A stretch of 64,000 bases of DNA from Mytilus trossulus. Its lineage: Eukaryota. The notes beneath the pieces were generated by a model. It made no database searches, was not told the DNA's origin, and was given only the letters and a program-made list of their open reading frames with translations. This document shows positions 1 through 14,700 of the stretch, piece after piece. The translations under genes and the position numbers were made by a program. How positions within the stretch are numbered: position 1 is the stretch's first letter; the number at the start of each line of letters is the position of its first letter. The stretch is taken from positions 61,008,001-61,072,000 of the forward strand of contig NC_086383.1 in NCBI RefSeq assembly GCF_036588685.1. The letters are read 5' to 3'.

Positions 1-149
1 CTACATTTGAAAATGCCTGTACCAAGTCAGGAATGTGACAGTTCTTGTCTATTCGTCTTTGATGCGTTTTGTTATTTGATTTTGCCATGTGATTATGGAC
101 TTTCCGTATTGGTTTTCCTCTGAGTTCAGTATTTTTGTGATTTTACTTT

Positions 150-1400
150 CTGAAGTGAGCCTCATAATGATAAAGAAACAAGTCGGCAAAAACGGAGCAC
201 AATTGGTTCCCATTAGAATGCAGACAGACTTTTGAAAAACACATTTTACGAACTTAACAAATATGTTGTCAATCAAAAAATCAAGCAGTTTGTCAGATTC
301 AGATAATATTTTGTTTAAATCAGAGTTATTCTTTACAAAGTAGGAGTTATCCCTCCCTAAGACAAGATACTTGTATTAACGTTGGCCATTCTTTTTTTTA
401 TCAAACACAGCGATGCAAACTCTTTCAATTTGTCGTTTAGTTTGGAAAGTGGAATACTTGTGTAAAGTGTAGAAAAGTCAAATGTTTTAATACTATTGCA
501 AGCTGAAATAGAGTAAGAGTGTATGCACGATAAAATATCTTTTGTATGTTTTAGTTTCCACATCTGATTCACGTTACCTCTAGAATAGGCAGTTTCACAA
601 TAACTCTGAATCCTGGATTTGATTGCTGATAAAATAGATGTTAATAATAAAGAAAGCAGTTTCGCGGAGCACTTGGAAGACTCAGCAATATACCGTTGTT
701 TGTTAGGACACTTATGTAGTTTAGCCTTCAATACAGTGGTGGAAGATCCAGTTCTTCATCTAAATTGAAATTCCAAAGGAACATATAACAGACCTATAAT
801 TATCCAGGATTTCATCTTTGGTAAGTGTCGTGAGGGTACAGATTGAGTTTCCAAGTGAATTGTCAATACCTTATTCGAATATCAAGCAGTTGATGTAATG
901 AGTTTTACCCCCAAAAACAATGTGATGTGCTGCTTTATCTGCGGGGACAACAACATATTTGTCATGCGGGTAGGATAAATGTTTTGAAACATTTGGGTCT
1001 TTAAACTATGACCTAGCATGGGCATTGATAGACCAATTTAGTTTCTTAATTCTGATTTGTATAAACGACCTCGCAGCCTACGTCAATTCGGAAAGAGTGT
1101 CTACGTCTTTTTCGATCTCGCTCTTAACACATTGCCTGGTATAATTCTCGACTGAATCCATAAAAAAATTGAAGTTGTTTTTCCAATTAATTGATTTAGG
1201 CTCACGATATATCGGACCTTCTGATAACACATTTCACAGGGAAGTGTCATAAACAATGTTGATGTCAATGGTAATAACGTGGCCAGCCGGGTTATATGTG
1301 AATTGGGAACTAGTGAAAGTGCAATCAGGAGATTGAGAGTTGAAGTCGTCAGTATTGAAATCCTGGCAAAACGTGTCTATAATTGAAAATGTTAGTTGTA
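150..1400 (-). mobile_element. Decayed Penelope-like retroelement RT region (Naiad-like)
   Basis: Fragments EGPIYREPKSINW, VVVPADKAA, KLHKCPNKQRYIA, IKTFDFSTLYTSIP and MGTNCAP. Several frameshifts. Interrupted at ~150 by a dispersed repeat. Confidence 0.85.
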
Positions 1401-1847
1401 ATACGTTTGGTAAGAAATGATTGGTACAGACTGATTTTTGAAATAAGGAGTTTTTTGGTGTATCTTATCTTGTTTAGAATATTATGCACATTTTGTACGC
1501 AATCAATGTCTGTGTTATGAATATGAATGTATAACTTATGTGCTAAAAATATAGAATTGAAACAAAAAAAACACCAATACAATGTAAAAAGAATTATATC
1601 AAAATATTTAACCAGGATTAATTGGTTGACTGAACAAAATTTCAATCAGATAGTGTTCTTATTCCATCTGTAGTTGTTTCCCCTTGTTGCAATGCTGTAA
1701 AGCAATATACAAAAACTAATGATTTGAACAACAACATTCAAATTGTATATTGAGGTGTAATACAATCAAATCATATGACGTCATACACATTTGCATATGA
1801 AAATAAGTCGAAAAATATATTCTGTGCATTTGGCGGTTGTGTGTAAA

Positions 1848-2175
1848 AGAGGGACGAAAGATACGAGAGGGACAGTCAAACTCATAAATCGAAAATAAAC
1901 TGACAACGCCGTAGCTAAACATGAAAAGGACAAACAGACAAACAATAGTACACATGACACAGCAAAGAAAACTAAAGAATAAGATACACGAGCCCCACCA
2001 AAAACTTGGGGCGATCTCATGTGCTCCGGAAGGGTGAGTATATCCGTCGTGTTGAAATCGGGAAAATAGTCTAAGTCAGTAAGTTACATTCATGAAAGGG
2101 AAGGAGGTTGTAGTTCAGACCTAAGGAATATATCCGATATCATTTGTGAAACAGTTATTCCATAACGGTCAACCA
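1848..2175 (-). mobile_element. 3' end/UTR fragment of the same Penelope-like family
   Basis: Colinear with 25260-25625 and with 44490-44855; ends TTTGACTGTCCC..TATCTTTCGTCCCTCTTTT. Confidence 0.8.
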
Positions 2176-2469
2176 ACTTGTAAACTAAGTTTTTCTAATT
2201 GTGTTGCTGTGTATTTCTTTATTCCACATTGGTTAGAGGTATAGGTGGTGGTTGCGATATCACAAAACACGTTTAACACCGCCGTACTTGTGCGCATCTC
2301 CCAATTCAGGGACACTTTCAACTCATTCAGATATATGCATTGAAAAAGCGTGTTCATGTAGATTATATTAACTTTCCAAAGCTATGATTCAAAAGACATA
2401 ATATGATAGACCTATTCACAGTTTGATGATAATATTTTAAAATGATTCATTAGAAATTAAAAGAAATAC

Positions 2470-2727
2470 CTTCTAATTTTATCCATAAACCATCATCAGA
2501 ATTAGCTTTACATTTTACTGTGTGAATTTCGATTCCATTTGTACTGGTTATATCTGTTATGTCTTTATTAAACAATTTGTTAATCAATGACGTTTTTCCT
2601 GCACCTTTTTCGCCAACTATAACTAAACGTATGTCTCTCTTTTTCTCAGATCCTGATTCAAGTAATTCAAGGTACAATGCAACATATTTTTTGTCAATCA
2701 TTGATTTTATTTCAGTTGGAACGTTAT
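2470..2727 (-). CDS. Exon encoding the N-terminal part of the Roc GTPase domain
   Basis: RDIRLVIVGEKGAGKTSLINKLF...ITSTNGIEIH (G1 and G2 boxes of Roc domains). AG acceptor at 2728-2729, GT donor at 2468-2469, phase 1/1. Confidence 0.88.
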
Positions 2728-5700
2728 CTACAAACATATAGAAATGTGTATCAAGCAGAGCAATATCATACGCAATTAATTGTGATATATGTATTCTTAT
2801 TTCATTGTATAAACATACTTTGTTTTGTTTTTTAGCAACATTAAGTACTGAATCTTTTTATCTGAAACCACACTAACAAAAGTTACTTTGCGACCAGGGC
2901 TTTCATGACTATTGTGACACAAGGAATAAAGATATTTTTCCCAAATATACTTCATAATATGTTGATATAACACTGCATTTGTTTTTAGCTGCACATTCAC
3001 AAAGTGTCATCGACACTAAGTAAAGAGATGTTATTCCAACTGATGAAAGTAGCCATTTGAACTTTGCAAGTTTTGATGAAAATTGAAGGCCGCACTGTGG
3101 TTTTGAATACATTTGTTGTAGTTGAACACCAATAATCTAGGTACATTTCCTTTTTTTATGTCAAGTTCAGTGTTGACCTTTGTGTTATCATTTGATATAC
3201 CATGTATACTTTCATTTCCATTACAACAGGAAAAATCGCAACAAAGTCATAAACTTTAAAATACCAAAACATTCCAGGTATTTAATGTAACCTCCCGAAT
3301 TGAACTATTTGTGGGGTTTGTGTTGCTCAATGGTGTTATATATTATGTATTGTGTTATATTATTTGTCTATTTGTCTTTTTTATCAGCCATGATGTTGTC
3401 AGTTTTATTTTCGATCTATGACTCTCTGGTATCTTTCGTCTCCCTTTTTCAGCTAGAATTGTGTATAAATTCTACAACTCCTGGTTTGGGTAAATAAGAT
3501 TGCGGGAACATTACTCGAGGACAGCAGAACTCAGGTAAATAAAACCCAAGCTTGGTTTTTGTTTAGTTATACTAAGCATAGTGTATAAGTTCCATAATAT
3601 CAAATTGAAAAAAAGATTTAAGAGAACGGAAACTAATTCGAGACGTGTGAATGTTCAAACTTATAACCAGAGGTATAAACAGACGTAGGAACGGATGTAG
3701 AAATCGGCAAACATTATGCCCCTCCTACGCGGTTGGAGTAAGAAAAATTACCACAAGACTCTTTCATTACGTGTGTAAAACGTGCAAACATAGACTAACA
3801 TAAAGAAGATTAACACACAGAAACTAACGAATGACAGAGAAGTTATAATTGTTATGAAAATCAGAGAAGATACTTCTTCCATGAAATCAAATCAAATTTT
3901 CCATAAAACAAATTATAAAATTGTAATAAACGGATAGCAAAACCAATGTTGAATCTTGTCTTTGACGAAAAATAATCAATTGAAATAATACTACTACCTT
4001 CATTCAATGCCGTTTCCTGTATATTCTTAGAGGTTTGTGCATATTTTGACGTAACAGACTGCAAACGAAAAAAAATAAAGACTGTAAAGAAAACATTATC
4101 TTTATAACATTTTTAACTTAAATGGCAACCCACTTTGTTTATGTAAAGAATACAAAGTATCGGGTCAAGCAATTAAACTATCCTGATTGCCATGCAATAT
4201 AACCACAAAACCAGATTTTATTTAACTCTGTAACTGTTAATCAAATGTAAATGTCTAATATCATCTATTGTGATTAGTGAAAAACATATAACTGTAGTAT
4301 CATTTTGTAGTTTTATCAAATCCAACTGAAACATTTGCTCGGAGTTTTTACTAAACTGCTATAAAAGAGCTAATGTCAGTTTAGTAGAAAAGAGTACAAT
4401 TGATACAGTTGAGGGTTGTAAAAATAAAGTTAAGTTTACAGAATTTCATTTTTACGTATCTGTCTTTGGGTTGTAATTGAAGTCATGTGTTTTGTTCCTT
4501 GAACTTTTTACAAAGATTTAAGAACAATTTAGACATTTCAAGGAATGCAAACGCGATTCAATTTCAAGTTGTATGGTTTTGGATAAATATTTGATGCACA
4601 CTGATTTCAAAAAATTGTCTGCGATACTGCTCATCTGTATATCAATTTGAAAAAAATGCCAAAATTTTATCCCTAAGCGCCTTTGTAATATACCCAAAAA
4701 AATATATCAAAGACCAAGCAATTTTTTAACAAAAGCTATTTAGTCATTTTTTTATGTAAATTATAAAGCTACATGTAAATATTAGCTGGAGTGGGATGCA
4801 AGTATTTCAATATGTGCGCCAAAATTACAACGCCTTTTTGTATGCTACTTATTTTTCTTGCAAATAGTTGCTGCAACATTGCTGCAACAATCCAGCAAAT
4901 GTTTGAGAAAAAAACAATATCTGTAATTTTTGCGGCAATATTACTGAAAATATAGTTTGTGACAATATTGATACAAACCCTACAGCAATTTAAGTGCAAA
5001 AAAACAGAAAATCATTAAAAATATTAATTGTTAAAAAATATCTAACTTTATTTCGGTTGTAAAATTCTATTAAAAGTATATTATCTTATATATGTATAAA
5101 CAACCGTCTCCCTATTCCAACAGGCATTCAATCAGAAGAATAAATAAACATTATTGAGTGCCAATAGAACGTTTTGAAACATTTAAATCTACATCCATAA
5201 AATGCCTGACATATTGATTTGTGTTTGCATAATCTAGATACTTCCACTTTTTTTTAGTTGTTTAACGAGTTTAAACGTCTTTATAAACTGAATGTCAATC
5301 ATGAATAACCTAAAGTTAGGATGCTATGATAAAATAATAATCAATGTACTGTTATGTATTTATCTTTATTTAACAAGTTGTATTAATTGTAGAAAAATGT
5401 TTGCCTTTAAAATCTGTCTACAGAGACTTTCTGTTCACTGATTAAAAACAAAGGTAAACATATTGCTAATTAAATGTCTGGCTCACATTTCTAATTGATC
5501 AGAAAGAGTTAATGATAAGAAAAAGTGCAGACCTTATTAGAAAACAAGACTGAAAATTAAACAAAATTTAAACTGAGACAGATGTTCCTAGATACAATAG
5601 TCCATTTGCTAATTACCGATTTGATTCTGTTATTATACACCTTTTTAACTAATTACTTCCCTTTGTCAATCGGAGGCTGGTACCATACCGGAAAAAAATT

Positions 5701-8700
5701 GGTCTCAGCCAATGCAAAGCATGAGGAATTGAAAGTGATGTAACGGCGGTTTAACTAATTTTTTACGATAAATAATTTCTGATGTCAAAAGTATTTAGTC
5801 AAACAACAAATCGATGTTATTAAAAGATTTGAAAACCTTTTAAATTACTCACATTACGCACAGGCAGAGTTGCTCATTCTGCTAGCTCTCCATTGTTAAT
5901 AAAAATTTATGTACGTCATAAGGGAGACAATTTTTTTAGGAACTCTTATTACAGGGTCAACTACGGGAATTGGCAAATAGCCTATTAAAATATATTGCTA
6001 TAAGTAGTGTTTGAAATACTCAAAGTGAAATATTTATGAACAGATATTAATAATAATATATTGTACACAACGGTTTTATATATTTTAACCCAGTTCCATT
6101 AATCACGAAGGAACTTTTTCTGGATAATTCATTTGGTTAACTGACAAAAGCGAACAGAACAGGAGGTCACAAGACAAAAAATAAGATACAATTATTCATT
6201 CATTATTGGTTTACATATAATTGTTGCAAGATTTTATATAAATACTTTGTACAGTTTAGGAAATAATGATCAAGGATTATAATTATAAGCTTATTGTGAA
6301 CACAAATAATGTCCTTTATGAAAATATATAGCCAAAGAATATACCGTCTGGCGTATATGCTGAATTTAACTTTTTTGGATTCGAGCGTCACTGATAAGTC
6401 TTTTGTAGACGAAACTCTGTCATTGATTTTTGAATTATTTGAAATACTAAGGCTTTTCTACCTCAGGCATAGATTACCTTAGCTGTATTTGGCAAACTTT
6501 TGGGAGTTTTGGTCCTCGTTGCTCTTCAGCTTCGTACTTTATTTGGCCTTTTTAACTCTTTTGGATTCGAGCGTCACTGATGAGTCTTTTGTAGACGACA
6601 CCCACGTCTGGCGTATGTGTTGAATTTAGTCCTGGTATCTATGATTGGTTTATTTAGTACTCGATATCAACCAATATATATTGCAAATTACATTAGAATT
6701 GAAGACAGACACGTCTGTGGCTTACTAAATTGTATGAGTGTATTTGTTTAATGACAGTTGCTTACATGAACGTCGTTCATAGGCTGGTATAAATACTTTA
6801 ACCTCCATTACATCTCTGGCCTGTTTTGTGATTTGTTTGTGAAAAAATTAAATGAATAAAGAATGTGCGAGAATTGTAAAAGTGACGCCACCCCAATTCA
6901 ACGTCATGTGTGTATAGGTTGTATATCATTTGTTTGAGGAAACTAATATAAGAGAACGGGAAAAAAATGTTGGAATGAACAGAAGTTATTACAATACACT
7001 TAATTGTTTGGGTTGTATTACAAGCATACAACTGTCTGTACACTTTTGTAATAACGTCTGTAGTATATTTCTTCCTAGTTGTGGTGCTTTTTTATAAACT
7101 CGATGAGCATTGATATCTCCGTTTTTGAACATGTTTAATGTAAATAAATCATTAAAAAAAGCCGATCTGTCAGCAGTGATGACATTTGTGATACTTCATT
7201 TTATTTTTCATTACACTGTTATATTTCAAAATAGTTATTTCAATGCCACAAAAAGACATTATATCAAATGTCCATATGGTGCCAACTAATATTGGTAGCA
7301 CGTTATTCTGTTAAAACTATGCTTCCGTTTGTAAGAGAAAGAATTTGTAATGCAGACATATAAAAGTACCTTCAGGTATTCCAGTATATTGTTGTTATGT
7401 CTGGCTTCTGCTAGATCATAGGGAGTTTTACCCTGAAATAAGTAAAAACTATTTAAATATTTTTACATATATATAAATATATTTTTTCAAACAGATATAT
7501 TTTGTATAAGTTATCTAAACCTATAAAAATGCCGGTAACATCTAAGTGCATTTTTTTTTAGTAAACTGCAGAATGTTTCGCTCTGATAATTGCTTTACAA
7601 AAGTAACATCCAAGTAGTTTATGATATAAGTGTGTGGCCAATCAGTTCTGATAACCACTTTATAAATGTAAAGGGGAGAGGGTTTGAAGACCACTCATTA
7701 TTGGTATACAAAGTAAAATCACAAAAAACTAAACTCAGAGGAAAATCCAATCGGAAATTCCCTAATCACATGGCAAAATCAAACGATAAAACACATCACA
7801 AACGAATGGACAAGAACTGTCATATTCCTGACTTGGTACAGGAATTTTCAAAGATAGAAAATGGTGGATAAAACCTGGTTTTATAGCGCTTAACCTCTCA
7901 CTTTGTTGACAGTCTCATCAAATTCCGTTATATTAACAATGGTGCGTGATCTATTATTCTACTCTTCAGTACTAATGATCACTTTATACCATTAACAACT
8001 ATTATTGTTTTGTTGGTAATTTCTTGGCTCTTATCATCAACTTTTTAACATACTTCAATAAGCTATAAAGGCCCCAATAGCTTACTGGTCTAGAATGTCG
8101 AACTTCTTTATTATCAGCCTGTCAACATTGAGGTTGTCAGTTTGAATCCCGCACGTGGCAGTTTCGCTTGACTCTAATCTCAATGTACTAGCATTGTCAG
8201 ATTTCATACCGAGGAGTTGTTTATTCTTTGTGGATTGCCCCACCAAAATAGGCTGTCTTTAAATGTTAACACAAAGGAAGAAAAGTTTGATAATTATAGA
8301 TTGTCGTTAATCATCTCAACGAGATTGATTTTCACGCTTGGTCCAGTACGGCGAAAGCGAGAAAAGCAATCGAGTTTAGATGACCAATGATAATCTGTTT
8401 ATCTCTATTTTACCTATGACGACGTTGTCAATTTCATGTCAATTTGATTAACAACGCCACGTGCGTCCTTAGTTTCTTGTGAACATTTTCCATTTCAAGC
8501 GAGTAGCATGGTATGAAAAATTATCACGAAAGAAGATCAAAGGAAAAATGCACAAAATGGCAATAACTTCTTTTAATGGCAATATGTGAAACGTTGTGAT
8601 GTATGTCACTAGAGAACACTTATTTCCGAAAATCATTGACACGTATTAGACCATTATGCATTGCAACCGATATCGATTCAACCGATTGATCAATGACACA

Positions 8701-11700
8701 AGTAAGCATTTTGATTATCATGATAACCAAAAAAACGTTTGACGACAGTAAACTTTGTATAATCAAAAGCCACCCCTTTTAAGGAAGCATATGGAAGCAT
8801 ATGAGAAATTTATAGTGGGGAAATTCTACATAAATATATCAAGTTTGCAAGAAATATCACTCAGTATATAGATGTTATATCAAACATAACCCTAACAATG
8901 AAAAGTCGATACAAGAAAAATATTCAAGCGAACAGATTTTACATATCTAATTCATGTTAGTTAGTCATAACTGAGCTTATCCTATGATATATTAAAGTTA
9001 CCTCACGTGTTTTATTCAAAGGACTAATACAAGTTCGTTCTACTAAATATGTTGTAATATGTAGATGGTTATTCTCAGCAGCCATATGTAAAGCTGTTTC
9101 TCCATTATTCTATAATAACACAAAAAATAATTAAATAGTGTGAACAATACTTCTAGATATAAAAAATATATACAAAACATCTTTAACTGACCGTATAGTT
9201 TGTTTACATTCGAAATAAATAATGCAAAAAACAAACAAGATGTTTTATGTGAAATTACAATACTCTAATTTTTTTAAAAAAAAGCTCTTTCAAGAAAATT
9301 TAGAAATATTTATACCAACGGATTCATGACAACGCACAGAAAAAAAAGACTTTGAACTTTAGAGTATTCTGGCAATTAATTGTTGACATGATGAATATAA
9401 TTTCAGATTTACATGATTCAGAATAATTTTTTTTTTCCAGATAAATTGCAATAAGTTACATTTGCTGGTTAAGAACGAGTGCAGAATCATAATTAAAATT
9501 TACTTTATAGGTACTTCATATAGTTTTTGTCTTATAAACAACATAATACTTAAGCTGAGTAGGAGCAGTGTAATCAGACTTAAGACTTACATCTTTGATA
9601 TCTGTTGTACATCCGCTCTGATGGATTAATCGAGTTATCTCCAAGTAACCTTCCATGGCAGCTATCATAAACGCTGTCCATCCAAAACACTAAAATGATA
9701 CAATCAAATATTGTCTTAAAGAATTAACAATGTTGTGTAATAAATTTATCTCACTCTTGTCTTTATATTTCAGATAACCAAAACGTAATCGACATGTTTT
9801 GTTGTGAGGTATTGGCAATAACTCCTAAAAATATTTTCAAACAGTTTCGACATATATATGACGCCCGTCAAGCAAAAACCACCCTTATCACATTTGACGT
9901 CGTTATCGGTAGTCAACGCTAGAATGTAACGTAGAACAAATCGATAAGTTGCACGTTGAAATTGAGATATTTTTTTCTAAACATAGCGTTATCCATGTGA
10001 ACTGAACAGTCTATTCTTATATTAATACATTTAAATACTTCTGTAAAATAATGCCGTATTTACGATTTAAAATTAAATTTTGTGATTTTCTATTAAAACT
10101 TTTCAAATGCTTGTATTGACACGCTGTATATTCTTACTGTCTTGAGAGGAATGATTTATAAACAATATAATAAAATCTCACAAATCAGCAAGTCTCATTA
10201 TGACATAGTACCACGATATGTAATGATTTACGTATTAACCTTCTACAATATATAAATAATACCAATGGTGTGTGGAAAAAAAACCCACTTAAATATTTTT
10301 TTAAAAACACTAAAAGTGTTTTATCCGCAGCTAGATTTCTTTTATACTTTTAATAGGGCAAGTTATTGTATGAAGAACCAAAGAAAATAATCTAATATTT
10401 GGCACAACATCATTATGCATGCCAACTGCGGAAAATCTTATATGGTTAATTACACTAAAGAGAGTTTGCTTACAAGAAATTAAGTACGACAGAGAAGAAA
10501 GTCTGTCTGGAATGTTTCGTCTTTTATTTTGCCACGCTTTAATCCGCAATATTAACTACTGTACATAAAACAATAAACCATTAATGTTGTTCAAATGAAA
10601 ACATTCTATGTGTATTTTATTAGAAAATATATCAAACAAGAATGTGTCCCAAGTACACGGATGCCCCACTCGCACTTTAATTTTCCATGTTCAGTGGACC
10701 GTGAAAATGGGCTAAAAACTCTAATTTGGCATTGAAATTAGAAAGATTATATCATAGGGAACATGACTGTGTACTAAGTTTCAAGTTGATCGGATTTCAA
10801 CTTCATCAAAAGCTACTTTGGCCAAAAACTTTAACCTGAACTGGGACGAACGAACGGTACGACGAACGAACGAACGACGGACTTACAGACCAGAAAACAT
10901 AATGACCCTCTACTATTGTAGGTGGGGCATACAAATTTGCAATGCGTTTAAAACTGTTAGTATGAAACAAATATCAGTTCATAATTTATCACTCACGTTA
11001 AAAAAGAAAAGAGGGGGGTACACTGTTTTGCCTCTGTCTGTCCTTTAGTCAATTCATCCTTCAGTCCGTCCGTTTGTCCCATGAATATTTTCGTTGCATT
11101 ACAAGTATTTCTATAATTTGGTTTCAGGTTTTATATAATTCAGTTATATCGTGCGATGCGTTTTCAGATTCATCACCCAACAACTGAATCACCAAAATCG
11201 GCTTTACAGGTCCCGGCCACTCATCTTCTAAGTGGAAAGGGGATGGAATTAGCTCGGCTCATACGGCACAAAAACTATAATAAACCTACAATTCGATTCT
11301 TTGGCTAGGATGTTGTCTTTTTGACAGATTCTGCATTAATTTTCCTTTCTCAATTTTATACAGCTTTATCGTAATTGTTGTTTTACATTTTCTAAAAGTG
11401 AACAAAATATAGGTGTTCTGCTTCCATTCGAAAAACATTTTTTTTAATCTTTTATTCTTAAATGGTCTGCGTGGTAGGCCATGAAGAAACAAAACAACAA
11501 AGAAAGGAAGAAAAACCAACGAAAATTAAAGATGCTAGAGGCTTGAGCTTATTCGAAAAATTATTAACAATTTTGGATGCATACACGAGATTGCTTAAGC
11601 TGGTAAATCATTGTTACAATGTTGTCAAATATATGTATACTATTTAATGGTCGCAGTTCAATTTCATTTGTCTTAATTTTCTTTGGTTGTGAATAAAACT

Positions 11701-14700
11701 AGATGCAGGATATTGTTTGACTTAAATTGAGTTGTTAACTTTGTTGAAATAAATATGCAACTCCAGTACGGAAGGTTATACAACGACGAGAAGACAATTT
11801 GTAAATTGATGTTTTTGACTTAATGATCAGAAGTCACTGACTGTATCACCCATCGTGTAAATCTCTTAATTCATGGATAGATTAGATTCACAATCCGATA
11901 ATAAACTTTCAATGGAATTTTTAAACGCCATGTAAAAATCAGAAATAGAAACAGAAACAAATGCAATTTTGCAATGTTGCGTTAATTTAAAAAACAAAAT
12001 GATGCTGGATATATTACAATGATCTGTAAACATGAAGCAAGGACTAATTGAGGCAGCACAAGCTGAAAAAACAATATAATTAGATCGCATCAAATAATCT
12101 TGTTGTTCTTCATATTTTTTTCAATCTTGAAATCTCATACTTTAGATGTTAAAAAACGATCTATTTAACTTTTGCATAATATTGAAATTTTCAAGTTCAC
12201 TTCGAATCAATATCCAGCGAAACTTATTATTATTATAGAAATACATAAAAATAGTTAATATTTATTACGAAGACGGACAGATTGAAATTTCGCACTCGAG
12301 ATATATTTTTAATGTTATTTAATAAAGTTTTTGAATGTTATTTTTCGTTTAAATCACTTTTAGTTTAACGTGCGTTATAGTTTGTTTTGTAAACATTTAC
12401 ATGCGTATATATTTATTGCAAGAAATATATCTGAAACGGACGATATTGCACACGCAGCTGCAGTTCTCATTTATCGATAACATTGAAGATAATACATGTA
12501 GAAATAAACTGTCCAAAGAAGGCATTTATTGGGTAAATTGAAATAAAAAGGCGTAGATAAATCCCGTTCTAGATACGGAGAGCGAAATCGAACAAAATTT
12601 TACATAAACTTTTGACAACAGGTAAGTTTTTTTGCGATGTATTGCTGTTACCTATAGTAATCGAAAGTCCCGTTTAAAATCGTTGATTAAACACATCAAC
12701 AGTAATAGAAATACAAAGAAAATATCAAAATTTTAATAGATGTTTGAGGGAATTTTCAAATATGGTACAATATTTGAAAAAATAGGCTAGTCTGCATGGT
12801 TTACTACAAACAGTACCTCATAACAGACATGACTCTGAACCCCAGATTGTGTAATCTTCTTGTGAATCAAAACAGTCGTTTTTTGACACATATGTACCAG
12901 CATTTCAGACAAATGGAACTGGATGTAGATATAAGAAGATGAGCATGAGCATGAGTGTCAATGAAACAACTCACCATCCATGTCATCATTTAAAAAGGTA
13001 AACCCTTATAGGTCAAAGTATGGTCTTCAACACGGAGCATGTATACCCAGATATGAAAAATCTGAAACAATTAAATTAATTACAGCCGATTCCATTGGGT
13101 GTGTAGGCAAGGGTAATAACTTTGGTTAGCTAAGGTATACGACAATCCTTTCGGAGTAGCCTGGTCTTATAACAGACAGATAGATTGGTTATCTGTCGGA
13201 TGAGTTTACATTTAAAGGAGTGCAGTTCACCTGAACTAGATATGACTTCACGGTTAAGCTAGTCGCGAATCAAGCTAACCAAAGATATTACCTTTGCCTT
13301 CACACACAATAGAATCGGCTGTAAATTAATACCAGTATTAAACGCCCTATTGGCAAAATAAATTCCACTCCTTTAGATTAAATGTTCAAAACACTGACCT
13401 TCCACGACAAATTCCCACATTGAGTTCCTTTAATCTATATTTCATTTCTAATTTTATTGTCAATTTGATTTTGAATGGACAAAGTGTTTTAACTGGCAAT
13501 ATAAATTGATTCAATCTGAACCTGAAAAAAGTTCAAATAAGAGTAAAAATGAGTCAAGTTGATCTTTAATATCAAATAAATATAAACAAACACCACGCGT
13601 GCAATCATACATTATAAACAGAAAACTCAGATGACCATGTCTTAAAATCAAACGAGTGATACAAAAAATAACACAGAAATTTAAAGTTTGAGCAACACGA
13701 ACCCAATGAAAAACAGATAGTGCCCTGTAAGAATCAGGAGTTCACACTTCAATGTTGTTTTTTTTTATTACATTTTAGATAACACTGAAATTTCTACCAA
13801 AATAAAAAGAATTCTTTTATATTTGAAATCCAACAAATGAAAGTCTTTATTGTTCTGTTATTGTAGCAGAAAAAAAATCGGTATATGACTGACTATCTTG
13901 CTTTGTGTTTGCTACATGTAGCTATACAATATTAGAAAAAATAAGCCTTTGGTCATACTAAACGTTTGGTAGATTTTGTCAAGCTAAAAAAAATATTGAC
14001 GAACAAACTGTGATACTGTATCGCATGTGACAGAATTCTTCCAAAAATTATCATCAATAAGTTAAGTCGGTTAACATTGTACGCAAGAGAACGATGAAAC
14101 TACTTAGAAAATGGATAGATTAGAAACCAATTTTATCTGTTTAGATCATAAACCTATTCTATGGTATCATAAAGTACCATTTTTTCATCGTTGCTCATGA
14201 TAAATCGGAAATTAATTTTGCAAAAATAAATGCACAAAATAAAAGAAATAGATACTCTGCATCGTCCTTGATAATAGTTCGAATAGTTGGCTCGTCCTGT
14301 AGATATTCATGCAGCCAGAACTGCATATGTTAGGTAGGAACATCTTTACATGTATCAAAAAAAATCGTCCATATGCTAGGAAGGGATATCAGGTTACATT
14401 TTGTCAAGCACCAGGAGAAGAGTGAAGTAGTAAATAGCAGCAAACTTAAATCGACGTCAAAGTGTATGATTTCAACGTTACGTTGAATTTTACGTTAGAA
14501 CACATTTCATGTGTTACCAAAATTGAAATTTCTAAACTAATTTTTCACCGATCGTTTTCAAATTTTTTACATTCTGTTGGCATTAGTATTTTCTGTTTAA
14601 TTAATTAAAAATCTGATAATTCATTATTTTTGCCATAAGGGTCGTTTTTGCTTGTCGGGCGTCATATGTAAACAATTGGTAAATTTCATTACTCTGAACA

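Noticed and set aside
49-276. 75-aa ORF
   Set aside because: A chance fusion of a PLE RT fragment with an inserted family-A repeat.
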